This document shows, piece after piece, positions 26,465-39,000 of a stretch of 64,000 nt of DNA; position 1 is the first letter of the stretch, and every line of letters begins with the position of its first letter. Made by a program: the position numbers and the translations under genes. Source of the stretch: Oikopleura dioica (taxonomy: Eukaryota > Animalia > Chordata); contig OU015566.1 in NCBI GenBank assembly GCA_907165135.1, forward strand, positions 9,858,001 through 9,922,000, read 5' to 3'. The notes under the pieces are model-generated. The model did no database searches. It was given only the letters and a program-made list of their open reading frames with translations, and was not told the origin of the DNA.

Positions 26465-26746
26465 TTGATAACGCACGGCCTAAGCTACATTTCCCTCCTG
26501 CGCAAATATACGATTATATTAGTTGAACTTCGTGGCGCATCTGGTTGCCAACGAAACGCCATGCTCTCAAAAATCGAGCATCTGGTACCATTTATTCCTC
26601 CTGTTGTAAGAGTCATCAACGAAGAAATATCAGAAGAGCTTGCTCATCTATCTGAATCAGCAAAGACGAAAATTTCGGATTTTTATACTAGACTAAGGCT
26701 TCCTTTAACTGGAGCTCTTACTGGAGCTTTGTTCATGTACGGTTAA
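26465..26746 (+). CDS. Hypothetical protein C-terminal segment, tandem duplicate 1
   Basis: HLVPFIPPVVRVINEEI...LTGALFMYG resembles the downstream ORF, and both share a sequence right after the stop. Confidence 0.4.
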   Translation: MITHGLSYISLLRKYTIILVELRGASGCQRNAMLSKIEHLVPFIPPVVRVINEEISEELAHLSESAKTKISDFYTRLRLPLTGALTGALFMYG

Positions 26747-26906
26747 ATTGAATTTATGCAATAAAATGGGTTCCGAAGAATATTTCTATTCTTGGCAAAA
26801 AAATTCTCTATTTTGTAATCAGTACTTGTCTAAGTCTTCATGAAAGCTGCATTACTACTATACAGTTTTATTTACCCGAAGTAAATAATATGAAACCCGC
26901 TTTTAT

Positions 26907-27407
26907 TTGCTTCTTCAGAAAAATGAAATTTTCAACTTCGTAAAAGAGAAAATGATATTTCTTCGACTTCAAATATGTGGGCCGTTTCAGGAAGAATTTA
27001 AATCAGTCTTAGTATTCATAATGCTTTCTTTGCCTTCTGTCGTTTCAATTTATGCCGTTTACTGGTGCCACTGTTTGATGAACGAGAATCCTTCAATATT
27101 TTCAGCAAGAATTGGTCAAATCTCAGACCCTTCTTTATCTTGGTACCCGTCTGCTTCATTTCATAGCTCAATAGCGGCAAGTTCTATTTTTGCAGTACTG
27201 CCGTTTAATCATAAAGGATATCATCCCTTCCCTGATCTAGTTCCAGTTATTCCTATTGCTGTACAATTGATCAATGACGAAATCGTCGAAACCCTTAATC
27301 TTCTACCAAAATTTCGAAGGTCAAAGTGGTCAAATTATTTAAAAGCGATTCCAATTACTCTTTCAGGAGTTTTGTTGATGTACCGTATCTACCGCGCTTA
27401 TAATTGA
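26907..27407 (+). CDS. Hydrophobic hypothetical protein (166-aa ORF), tandem duplicate 2
   Basis: DLVPVIPIAVQLINDEI...LSGVLLMY. Hydrophobic stretches. AATAAA shortly after the stop. Confidence 0.5.
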   Translation: MLLQKNEIFNFVKEKMIFLRLQICGPFQEEFKSVLVFIMLSLPSVVSIYAVYWCHCLMNENPSIFSARIGQISDPSLSWYPSASFHSSIAASSIFAVLPFNHKGYHPFPDLVPVIPIAVQLINDEIVETLNLLPKFRRSKWSNYLKAIPITLSGVLLMYRIYRAYN

Positions 27408-27852
27408 ATTTATGTAATAAATTGAGGTTCGTCAGATGTTTCACTGAGAATATTTAATAAATATTGCCAGGAAATAATTATGTTACGAAAAGTTATAATT
27501 GCAAGAATTAACGAGACTAGCACTCAATAATACCGTAACATACCTACTTGTCGCTCAAACCACGAGCAATTACAATGAATTATTACAGAATCAGCATTGA
27601 TTTGATATCACTCAATTAGTCCCCGCTTTACTAGGCGTGAATATTTCATTGTCATCCTCCGCCGCTAGTTACGGCATTAGAACTCGTTGCTTCGCGGTCG
27701 TCTCGCCTCGGCCGATTACGAGATTTTCGCGAAAAAAGATGAAAAATCGCATCACGTGCGCATTGGCTCCAATTTTTCCTCATCTTTTAGCAAACAAAAA
27801 ATAGCACAAGATTTTCTCGCAAATCTTTCCACATCTTACCACGAAGAGATGA

Positions 27853-29351
27853 TCAAATTAAAATTCGGTTTTTTCTCGCTTTAAAAGCTATGAACTTGGG
27901 TTTACGATGGCCCAGAATACGCAGATTCTTGCAATTTCGAATGAGTGTTTTTTCGTCAGTGAAATATTCGCCCGCTCGACCGCTCAAGATGAAATTGTTG
28001 TGAATATTTGCGGCGAAGATGTGCAACGCATCATGCAACGCTGCGTCCGCGATTAACGATTTTGCGCGAGCATTATGGCACGCAGGGTTCCAATTTTGGC
28101 CGAAAAAATTTTGGAGTGGAGTGGAGAGATGAGTGGATAGCCCAAAAATTTTTTTGAGCGGAGTGGAGCGGTGAGTGGATGCCCAAAAAAATTGGTTGAG
28201 CGAGTGGAGTGGGTGAGCGGAGTGGATTTTGAGTGGATTTTGAGCGGATTTTTAGGGAAGTTTGAGCGATAAAAAAATTTTTTTTGCATTTCATGCACCG
28301 TACAATACACTCAAAAAAGAGTCGAGAGGCCGGGTTTTTTTTTTAAAGATTTCATTCTTATATTTTTAGTCAATTTACAATTATATTCTCGGAAGCATTG
28401 ACTCATTGAAGATATATTCTTAGCAACCTTGAAGTTCATGAGGTACTGAGGAACAAACAGGGTCGTTTCATTCTTAAATCCATTATAATGGGTCGTTGGG
28501 GGGAGGAGGGTTTAGTTATCAAAAAGGTTAAAAGAGAGCAGAGGAACAAAAAAGGTTCGACCCCCACGAGCAGACAGAAACCGAAGTCTTCTTTGCACGC
28601 CGGGAGCAAGCCTTTCCTTTTCTGAAAAAGGGGTTTTAAGAAAGAGGGGGTGAAAGGAAGAGAAAGAGGGGCGTAAAGAAGAGAGGTTGAAAGAGGTCGG
28701 GCCCCCACGAGCAGACAGAAACCGAAGTCTTCTTTGCACGCCGTGAGCAAGCCTTTCATTTTTCGAGATAAAAAGGATTTTAGAGGGGGTCTGATCATCA
28801 AACTTTTATGAAGAAGTTGGTCCTAAATTAAAGGTTGATCCTGATATTATATCAGTGATTTATTCTCTTGATTATCCCCTGAGAGAATTTGATTCTTCAT
28901 TTAAAGATAGACAAAACTCGGTATCCAATCAGAATACGAGAAAAGGGGCGCTAAAGACAAAAATCCACTCCATCCGCTCAAAATCCACTCCATCCGCTCA
29001 AAATCCACTCCATCCACTCGAAATCCACTCCAAAGCATATTTTACAGGTTGGAGTGGAGTGGAGCGAATGAGTGGACACTAAAAATATAGGCTGAGCGAG
29101 TGGAGTGGAGTGGATCCACTCCGCTCACGCTCCACTCCACTCCGCTCAAAATCCACTCCATCGCTCAGCAAAATTGGAGCCCTGATGGCACGTCTCTTTT
29201 TTGAACCGTTCCCGGAAGACGACACATCACATAACACCGGCGGCAACGAGGACACGAGAGAAATCGGATATCGACCGGTAATTTCCCTTGTTAATGCGGA
29301 GGGTACAGCAGTTAATGATTTTTGAAGATAAGTCTTCAACTACAAGGAATC
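27853..29351 (-). pseudogene. Decayed ORF split by the hAT element
   Basis: Excising the element plus one TSD gives RGFLVVEDLSSKIINCCTLRINKGNY...GVM*CVVFRERFKKETCHNARAKSLIADAALHDALHIF...RNCKNLRILG..., about 130 codons with one internal stop. Confidence 0.45.
28083..29184. mobile_element. hAT-like non-autonomous element, 1102 bp
   Basis: 8-bp TSD ATGGCACG (28075-28082, 29185-29192). 16-bp TIR CAGGGTTCCAATTTTG / CAGGGCTCCAATTTTG. Subterminal arrays of GAGTGGA/GAGCGGA. Internal ~56-bp duplication at 28561 and 28702. No transposase. Confidence 0.92.
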
Positions 29352-32237
29352 CTCTAAAATAACACTACGCTCGAACCGAAAGAAACCGCTCAAAAAACCG
29401 TCAATCAAAGCTCTAGAACCGCTGTTTGTGTTTTGCCTGCTCTGTAAGCTACAACAAGTTGAAATTCCTGCAAAAATGAGAAAGGAGATTTTAAGGAAGA
29501 TAGGTTTTTATTACTTTGCATGAAACTTGAATCCCTCCTTTTCAGGACGGATATCGGCAGTGTCGTTGGTTTTCCAACGTCCATCATTTTCTCAAGATTC
29601 TGGAACGTTTCGAGGGGTACAAGGTGCAGTGACCCCCTCCCTCACAACCCCGCCTCGATATCTAAAATTTAATTCTTGACATAAATTCGACATTTAAATT
29701 GAACAAAAAAATCCAAAATAATCTTAGTTTTACCTGTTTTTCTGTGCTCTCGGACCGGAAAAATCCGAAGACTGAGGATCCGCGCTCTCCGAGCCCTGAC
29801 AACAACGCGAGTTCTAGAGACGTTCCAAGAATAGAAAACTTCAAAACACTGCCTCTCTTTTTCGTTGTCAGGAGATTTGTCGCTAATTCCGACTTATCAA
29901 TCTAGCCTTCTTGAACCCAGACAAAGAAACGACATGGCATGCTTATTTTTTTATTTGGGTTGTGTAAAACTCAAGAGGAGCGATTTGTAGCGGAGCCGTG
30001 TCGAACGTGGCTAAACCGATTTTTAGAATATTTAGCTTTTTCGCTAAATATTTGGATCCCAATGTGAGCATTTGCGCATGTTTCTTGGTTGCGACGAGTT
30101 GGTACTTTTGCCCGTGCGATTCTGTTTTCTGCTGGGCTGCTCACAATTAGGAGGTTCCAGGGAAGGGGACATGATAGGAGTGTCTTCTATCATTGGTGTA
30201 GCAGCACATCGTTGACAAAAAAGAAATAAAATTTCGATTTGATAAAGAGCTGATTTGAGGAAACGAGGAGGAACATTATTGCGTTAGCTTGATTTTGCGC
30301 TAGATCAAAGTGATGATATCGATTTGAACCTAATGAGAAAAAGCCAAAAATCGTATTATCCATTCTTGGTCGAGAATTCATCGGAACATGTTGAACAGCG
30401 ATCGCTCTAATTGGGCGATTTCCGCGCTCCTGCTGAACATGTTTGATGAGCTGGAAAGAGTTGAAAGCGCGCTTCTAATCTGATTTGAGCTCTAGAAACC
30501 GAGCCAAGTTCTATTATGGAAGTTATCTCCTGCAGAATGTCAGAAAGGAGCGATCGAAAAGCCGCGAAAATGGCGATTTATTCATTATCTCTGAAACGAA
30601 GAATGGAAATGGAAAGCTTGCAATTGTCTGATTTCTTCCGTAATATTCAGTCGATGGAAAAACTGCTCAAGCAACAATTTTGGTACTTTTGAAGTCGTCT
30701 GCGGTCCCAGGCGATTGGTTTGGACTAGGCCTGTTATGCCCTTCGTGGTTTTTCGCCACTCAATTTGGTCGACAAGGAGTCGTTTGTTTTTCGAAGATAT
30801 TCAGGGCTCTTCTCACGAGTGAGGCCTTGCTGTATTGCAAAATTCTGTAGCTCTATCAGTAGTTAGAAAATTCTGTATTTGACCTTGAGCAGGACGACTA
30901 CACTAGAACTCAGTATCTTAGGATGCTCACTTCTTATGCAGTATGACAAGTCCTTGGAGCACCCAGCTGAAAAAGCTGCGATCTCCGCAGTTTTATTTTT
31001 GTACCAATAGTAAGAATTCGTTTTATATTATCAACAAGAGTTTGATAGCAGCCAGCTTCGTTTATTGAAAATTGGCTCACTTGAGCGCTCTTCTTTTGAA
31101 TGTAGTCAATTAAAATGCTATTAGTAGAAGATATTTATCCGGTGGCGACGCGGTAGCATCAACAAATTGAAAACTGTTGATTGAAAACATCAACAAGGTC
31201 AAAGAGTGGACGTGTCAACTGTGTTCAATATCAACTTGACCAGACGCCGTTACTTCAATCTAATAACAACCAAAGACCAGCACATCAATTCGAGAGATAC
31301 TCAAAGCATTAAAATATGATGTTAGGGTCAAATTTTTTAATTGCGCTGAGCATTTTCTGTAAACAAGGGGACGCTTATAGAAAGTGCCAAGATCAGATGA
31401 AGTATTTTAGAAGAAATCAAGAAGCAAGGTAAAGAACTTGAAAACCTCAGAGAATCTCAAGAATTGAAGGCGCTTTGACAGTAGATTTTTAGGTCACTTT
31501 TCGATCTGCCACGATGCCAAGCTGATGGAACTTATTTTCCCGTTCAATGTGAAAGCGACTTTTGCCAGTGCGTGGAGCCCTCAGGAAGATAAATTGTATC
31601 AATTAAATATTCGTCACAAGCGCCTTTTTTCACCTGCTCGTATATTTCTTTCGCGTTGTTTATCCACAAACAGATATATTGATGGTACACGGAAGCACTA
31701 TCCCACAGAAGGTACTAAGAATTAAAATTCAAAAATGTGACCAAGAACTAGTCCCAACCTTGTTTTTAATTAAGATCTATTAATTAAGGAGAGCCGTCTT
31801 GCGGGCAAACTGGAGGTCTAACTCTTAGATGGCAAACTTGCTCAACAACGGACAAGCATGGCAACAGTCAGCGGGCTTCTAAAACGCTAGAATTGATAAT
31901 ATTGCATTCTCAGGCAATTTTTGCCGATAAAAGCGCGAAACGAGCCCATTTGAAGAAAACTGACCCCTGGAGCGGATTCTACCGCAGCTCCGATTTTGGT
32001 CATCTCCGGGACCAAGGTATTTAGAGTCTTTTTTCTCCGCCGAGTTTTGATTTAGATCGCGCCGAAACGCGAGAATTTCAAGTTTGTTGTTGCATTCAGC
32101 GTTGATCGAGATGTAGCTCTCAAGAATTCGGGCTTGAGGAGCAGTGATTTAGAAAGAGTTATTCAAATCTTTCGTAAGCCCAAATCCAGCGGAGAAGTGT
32201 TGCCTTCCCATCTGGAATAAGTTACATCTACAAGTAA

Positions 32238-34715
32238 GGAGCCACTCAACTCTGGAGAGTCATCAATCGTTTTTAGAGTTAACATAAGATGGCCTTCTTC
32301 CGACGCCGCTTGCCTCCAACGCCTTGAGCTTCAAACTCCTTACCAGGTCTAAAAAGCCAACTGCACAAACAGCACCATCAACAGTTTTATTCTTTAGAAG
32401 CTGAAGCTAATCAGAGATTTCACGAGCAGCGCTAGAGTTTCCAGCGACGGTTTGAACAAGCTCGTTTACTTTGATAGCCCCTGTGAACCGCTGCCCGTAA
32501 CGAGGCAGGATTACAATCAGACTTGCTTGGAGAAGTATGAATGGGCCTTTGATAACTGAAAATGAGATACTTGCTGGAACTTACTGTACACTTGAAATTA
32601 TACGAACATTGACGAGTCGGCACTTTTTGTTCAGTATTTTAATTGATTGTCAAATTTATTTAACCAAAAAAAATAAAAAGATACTAAAGACTCTTATTTT
32701 ATGGTTTTTAGATAATTTAATCCGAAGTGCTTTTTCGGTTTATAAATTGGCAAATCTCTTCGTTTGGATACCAAATATCATTTTATCTTGACACTAAAAA
32801 CAGCCCGCTTAAAATTCCAATGTGCCCAGTTCTCGAAGAAAAAGCTTCTAACCAGTTTCCTCGTTTCTTATCATACATTTCTGTCTGACGGCTGCGGTTC
32901 CAAAATCAGTCCGAAAACGAGATGGAAAGTGCGATCACTAAGGTGACGTTTTGTGGTTCTGTCCAGGAAACACTTTTTGGTGACTACACTTTCAAAGGGA
33001 AAGAAGATTTATTGCAGCTTTCATTTTCAAGAAGAAGATATTCCATTGGTTCGTAGGGCATCGTTGTACAGCCGTCCGATGAGTTCTTTTCGCGGAGGAA
33101 ATGGATTAAGGATCACCCAAGCGATAATTTTTATGAAGCCTTATTGGTCCAAAAACGGGCTCATTTTTTGATAAACAAATTAAGAAATTATGATGATTGA
33201 GTGGCCCGGAAGATAATTTCGAGTACCCTACTTAGTTTAAGTAGTCAACTGTAAAACAGTAAGAGCAATACTGTGTCATGATGTCACGTTTAGCTCAAAT
33301 GCTGCGAATTACGCGAAAACCTATTCGTTAGGTGATTATTTTGAACGCGCGTCAGTTCCGAAACATTTTGGAGCTCATTTGGATGTACAAAAATACAGAA
33401 GGGCCCTCAATTATCGCCTCCCGAACCTGCGACTTGGTCCATTTCTTGCTCCGCCTTTTGGAATTTTCGTTGGCGCCCTTTGTGACCTCTTTTCAGGACT
33501 TGAACGAGTGGGAAGCCGTCCAAGTCGCAGGTTCGGGAGGCGATAATTGAGGGCCCTTCTGTATTTTTGTACATCCAAATGAGCTCCAAAATGTTTCGGA
33601 ACTGACGCGCGTTCAAAATAATCACCTAACGAATAGGTTTTCGCGTAATTCGCAGCATTTGAGCTAAACGTGACATCATGACACAGTATTGCTCTTACTG
33701 TTTTACAGTTGACTACTTAAACTAAGTAGGGTACTCGAAATTATCTTCCGGGCCACTCAATCATCATAATTTCTTAATTTGTTTATCAAAAAATGAGCCC
33801 GTTTTTGGACCAATAAGGCTTCATAAAAATTATCGCTTGGGTGATCCTTAATCCATTTCCTCCGCGAAAAGAACTCATCGGACGGCTGTACAACGATGCC
33901 CTACGAACCAATGGAATATCTTCTTCTTGAAAATGAAAGCTGCAATAAATCTTCTTTCCCTTTGAAAGTGTAGTCACCAAAAAGTGTTTCCTGGACAGAA
34001 CCACAAAACGTCACCTTAGTGATCGCACTTTCCATCTCGTTTTCGGACTGATTTTGGAACCGCAGCCGTCAGACAGAAATGTATGATAAGAAACGAGGAA
34101 ACTGGTTAGAAGCTTTTCTTCGAGAACTGGGCACATTGGAATTTTAAGCGGGCTGTTTTTAGTGTCAAGATAAAATGATATTTGGTATCCAAACGAAGAG
34201 ATTTGCCAATTTATAAACCGAAAAAGCACTTCGGATTAAATTATCTAAAAACCATAAAATAAGAGTCTTTAGTATCTTTTATTTTTTTGGTTAAATAAAT
34301 TTGACAATCAATTAAAATACTGAACAAAAAGTGCCGACTCGTCAATGTTCGTATAATTTCAAGTGTACAGTAAGTTCCAGCAAGTATCTCATTTTCAGTT
34401 ATCAAAGGCCCATTCATACTTCTCCAAGCAAGTCTGATTGTAATCCTGCCTCGTTACGGGCAGCGGTTCACAGGGGCTATCAAAGTAAACGAGCTTGTTC
34501 AAACCGTCGCTGGAAACTCTAGCGCTGCTCGTGAAATCTCTGATTAGCTTCAGCTTCTAAAGAATAAAACTGTTGATGGTGCTGTTTGTGCAGTTGGCTT
34601 TTAGACCTGGTAAGGAGTTTGAAGCTCAAGGCGTTGGAGGCAAGCGGCGTCGGAAGAAGGCCATCTTATGTTAACTCTAAAAACGATTGATGACTCTCCA
34701 GAGTTGAGTGGCTCC
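32238..34715. repeat. Large palindrome: 1200-bp left arm (32238-33437), 82-bp spacer, 1196-bp right arm (33520-34715)
   Basis: Arms are reverse complements. By-eye comparison found no substitutions, only four 1-nt homopolymer differences. Mirrored ORFs appear in the ORF track. Confidence 0.97.
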
Positions 34716-36382
34716 AAATGGTAATGACTTTCACACGTTTGAGTCATTTTTTCTTCTTTAGTTCAAGAAGGTAGTTGGTCGAATTTATTAAGGGTGTCAC
34801 TATGAAAAATCTCGAAGAAAAGTTAGGGTTAGGAAAAGTTAAAATGAGCTCTACGCTATTTAATTCCACAAAATAAACGGTTAAATTTTTATGGACTTAT
34901 TTTAATTCGAGAATTTAATCTGACTGTATAATGTAAAAATAGATTTGCGCGCCTCGGAAGCGGCCACTAACACATCGCAAGGCGTAAATCATAACATGCG
35001 CCGCATAAATTGTTATAGAGCAGAACCGCTTGTCGAAAATTGTTTTAGTAAAAAACACATGTTTCTGGGTCGTCTACGTGTTGGAAAATAGAGGAGAGTT
35101 AATTACCGTAAGACCAGTTTCGGCGATATTTGTGTAGTAACGCTTGTGTGGAAACTTTATTCCGCGATGTAAGATTAAAAATAGCCAGGCCAATCTTTAA
35201 TTGAGCAATTTGTATAACAACCGAAGTTATTATTCAATAACTCAGTTCTGGCACCACGTAGCTGGAAGTAGTACTGCAGCTGGTCGCGCAGGAATCGTCG
35301 GTTGTTATCTTTCTAGGGTTAGCAACAGCAAGCAAGAAATGATGATTCAAATATACGCTCTACGGCTTTCATATAAGAAATCTTTCAGACCCTGACTCAG
35401 GTTTTCTACACAGGTTGCCTGGTTCAGATATCAACCTCTGACTTATAGTGTCTTTCATTCTAGGGCTAATAAGGCCTGCTCGTGACCCTCGAAAAAGCTT
35501 GAAGCTAGCGAGTTTAATAAATCGCCGTCAAGCACCTCAAAAGCCTTTTTGGCGGAAAATTATTCACCGCGTAAGATTCTACCGCTTGTTATTTTCGCGC
35601 TTTGACTCAACCCAGTCCCTTTTAACATTGTCGATTCTGTGATTTCGGCCACGTCGCAATCCTAAAACAATTTTTTAGAATCGTTTTAGAATCGAAAAGA
35701 CAGCTTTTGATAAAAACGAGCTGATAACGAAATACAATTGTCTAGGATGCTGAGGAAAATATCTCAAGTTCCGGAACTGCGCGAAGCAAATTCCATGAGT
35801 TCCATTTATCCGGAAATGCACCACGCTCTTCCCACGGTATTTTTAGACTTTTGGCCAAATCCAAAGTCACCCGCCGAGAGTCGCGATAACTTTGGTTATC
35901 AGTTCTGAGCCAAGTTCGTCGTCTGACGCGAAAGCTGAAATCAATGACGATATGAGACTGAGTATCGCTAATTCCGGACGATGGAAATTCATTTTAACGG
36001 GACCTAGACCCAGCCCTTATCACTTGCATATCAACTCGGCGGGTGACACAAAAATGTGCCAACAAGAGCTGATAACGCCAAATGCTAAGCAGTTCCGTCG
36101 AGTTTCGCGTGAAACGAGAGCTAGTTTTTCACTTTCTTGAAAATTTCAATATTCAGTAAGTCGCTACATTTACAGTACTTCTTATCGCCAATCCAGAAAC
36201 CTATCTGAAAAGAGGCTGACAGCCGCTTTACAGCTTAAATAACCGCATACTGATAAGATACTTAAAATTATTAGGGCTCCTCTAAAACCTAATCCTTCAA
36301 CGATAGAAATCACAGTTTTACTTCCTCGATTTTTGACTCAGAATCTGAGAGTCTGGGTGACAAAATCAGAGGTACTCTTCGT

Positions 36383-36498
36383 GTCAGGATGGCCGAGCGG
36401 TCTAAGGCGCCAGACTCAAGCAAGTGCTTGCGCTGCATCAGCGTACCGAGTGTTCTGGTCTCCATTTGGAGGCGTGGGTTCGAATCCCACTTCTGACA
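36383..36498 (+). tRNA. tRNA-Leu(CAA) with a 32-nt intron (36421-36452)
   Basis: GTCAGGATGGCCGAGCGGTCTAAGGCGCCAGACTCAAG-[intron]-TTCTGGTCTCCATTTGGAGGCGTGGGTTCGAATCCCACTTCTGACA. Anticodon CAA at 36417-36419, A and B boxes present, TTTTT Pol III terminator at 36502-36506. Confidence 0.98.
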
Positions 36499-38411
36499 CG
36501 GTTTTTGATAGCGGATATCGGCGACCGCGGTCATTTTCGGCCTCGAAAGAGACGAGGAATTTTTATTGAGCTAAAGTTTATGATGTCCAGAAAAGAACTG
36601 TTGTTGAAAAAGAAAGTAAGCTAACCACAAAACGACTTCAATTCCTGAATTCGGGACTCCAGTGTGAATCCCGCCGGAAAATGAAATTTCCTTTGGATAC
36701 TGAAGTGCGGCTTACCAGAATGATTGACAGCATTGCCTTTGTGATTTTCCAGGTCAAAGTGTGGTTCACCAGTTCCCACTCTTTCCTCGTGTATTCACCA
36801 TCGCCTGAATCAAATCGTTTTCAAGCCACTTTTGAAACTGTTAGTTTCGCCTAGTTTCCGCGTCTAACTCGGTTTCAATTCGAATTTCAAATTGAGTCTA
36901 GGTCAGCCGAGTTTTCATTTTCTCTCGCTCTCCAGTGTGGAATTATTCCGGCTAATCTCATACGTTCCGCCGAGCAAAACATAGAGAATCGTCTGAAGAG
37001 TGTAATTATATTTACCGTTCAAGTCGCCAGCCAATCCCCCCGTGGTTAAGTCCTTGTTGGAACTTCCTTCGTGAAAAATGATTTATTCAAGAAATCTTGA
37101 ACCTGCGATCCGGAAGTCAAGCATCTTTACTTCAAGTTTTTCTACGGTTAACAAATATTCAAGAATTTTATTAGCCATAAAAAAGCCGCAAGCGGCTTTG
37201 GAGACATAATTTTTGAAATAAAGCTTGATCTTTTTTCGATAAAAATTCTTCAAAGAATTGGTCTCTAATTGAACTCTAATTTGAGAGTGTTCGGCGGTTA
37301 CTCGTTCTAGCTAGCGTTACGGGCAGTAAAGTGACTTTCTCGAAAATGATGCTCAAGTGATTGAATCCTTGATTCAAGTACTTGTCTCTTCAATCACCGA
37401 TTCTATCATGATTCGGTTAAAAAGGAAGTACCCTCCTTATAAATCGGAATTGCTTCACGTCCGATGCTTCTGAAGTACGCTTCTGAGCAGCTGAAAACAT
37501 TTTTATCAAGAGTGTCAAGTTGAAAAGGCCAGTGAACAATTACTGTCACAAATTGTACTAAAAGAGACAGAAGAAGGAGGACTAGAACTTCTTTGTAAGG
37601 TGCAGCTGACTTTTTGCCGGTGTTAAGAATGTCTTTCCTTTTCCAAAGTCAGCTGTTTTGTGAACTCTGGCACTTTTGATCACCTGAAGGCCTCTTGAGT
37701 TGTGAGTGATTTGTTCTGGTCCTTGTCGCACACTCGGTAGGAGCCTGAGTTCAATCGCTGGACCAGCAGTTCTTCAGGGCTGAAACATAAACTCATTAAC
37801 TGAACTTTTTCTGAACTTTACAAAAAAAATCGATATTTTTTCCAACAAAAAGAGTTCTCACGTTTTTTCGATAGCATAAAATAAGATTACAAGCCCTATC
37901 TAAGGCTATCTTGGAATGTTAATTTCCACTAATTGCAGTCCTTAGCTCGAATTTAGTGCAGCTCTGGCAAGGTTGTCAGGTCGACCGCCAGCGAGGGGAT
38001 AACACTTCTTCGCGGGCGATCTCAAACGTGACTAGCTGGGATCCAACAAGGCCCCTCAAAAAAAACTTCAAGCGCTGGCGCAAATGCGGATATTATGACC
38101 ATTTCGGCTAAGGGGGCTCCACTCGACCGCTATTTTTACATGTTTATGAATATTCGATATAGAGAGGGGACACGGGCGACCCACTTTGATGCCGTTCTGT
38201 CTACGCGGCACCTTTTTAAATGGAGTATATGCATTGTAAATTTATTTTTAGAACATTATCGTTTTCGGTTGAATTCCGGATGCGATTATTTTTGAATATA
38301 TATGGTACTATGCAAATCTTGAGAGCATTTAGTGCACTTTAATTGGCGTTTTATCGCATTTCCAATAAAAATATTTTGCTTTATCGAAGATACACCCTTA
38401 ATTTCAGGAGC

Positions 38412-38666
38412 TCACATGTCTTGACTCTGATCGGCAAACATTCTCTGGAACATGTTATTCGCGAATTCCTCTCTTTTTTCGTCAAAATCAGGCATCGCCG
38501 AGGCCAAAACTATTATCATTCCACGGGCGAGTTTCATCCTTTCTTTCTGATAATTTTCTTTCGAGCGAAAAAATTCGAGCTCTTTGAGAACGGGACTTCC
38601 AGTGAACGCTTTGTTGACTTTTCCAACTTCGTGGAAAAATGCCAATCGGGAATCAAGGATGATCAA
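38412..38666 (-). CDS. Hypothetical coding fragment (84 aa)
   Basis: Protein-like amphipathic sequence. Coding-like text continues past the stop, so it may be a pseudogene. No family recognised. Confidence 0.3.
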   Translation of the reverse strand: MIILDSRLAFFHEVGKVNKAFTGSPVLKELEFFRSKENYQKERMKLARGMIIVLASAMPDFDEKREEFANNMFQRMFADQSQDM

Positions 38667-39000
38667 TTCTGATGAATTAATGAATTTTTAAGACTTCTTG
38701 TTTTCGATTAATGAACTCTGTTGATCCGCACTTGACCGCGTGCGAATGTAAAGTCAGATATCTAAATGACGCTAGAGGACAAAATGCAGCTCAAGTACTT
38801 TGCTCATCGACGAGTCATCGTCACTAATGACCCTGTCTGTCTGAAAGCTGCATTTTACAGTGACAAAAGAGCGGATTTTTCGATCTTGAAAATTTTTTCG
38901 TCAGCGCTTTGATGGATACATTTGAGCTCGCAGTTGTGAGAGTCAGGAAATCTGTCTCAATCAAACAAAAAATGACGAAAAAAAATTACTAAATATAAAA

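Noticed and set aside
28053-29339. ORFs inside the hAT and other MITEs as transposases
   Set aside because: They are low-complexity translations of subterminal repeats with no DDE, BED or hATC motifs.
32432-34522. Pairs of identical short ORFs as real duplicated genes
   Set aside because: They are mirror products of the palindrome, mostly with non-ATG starts.
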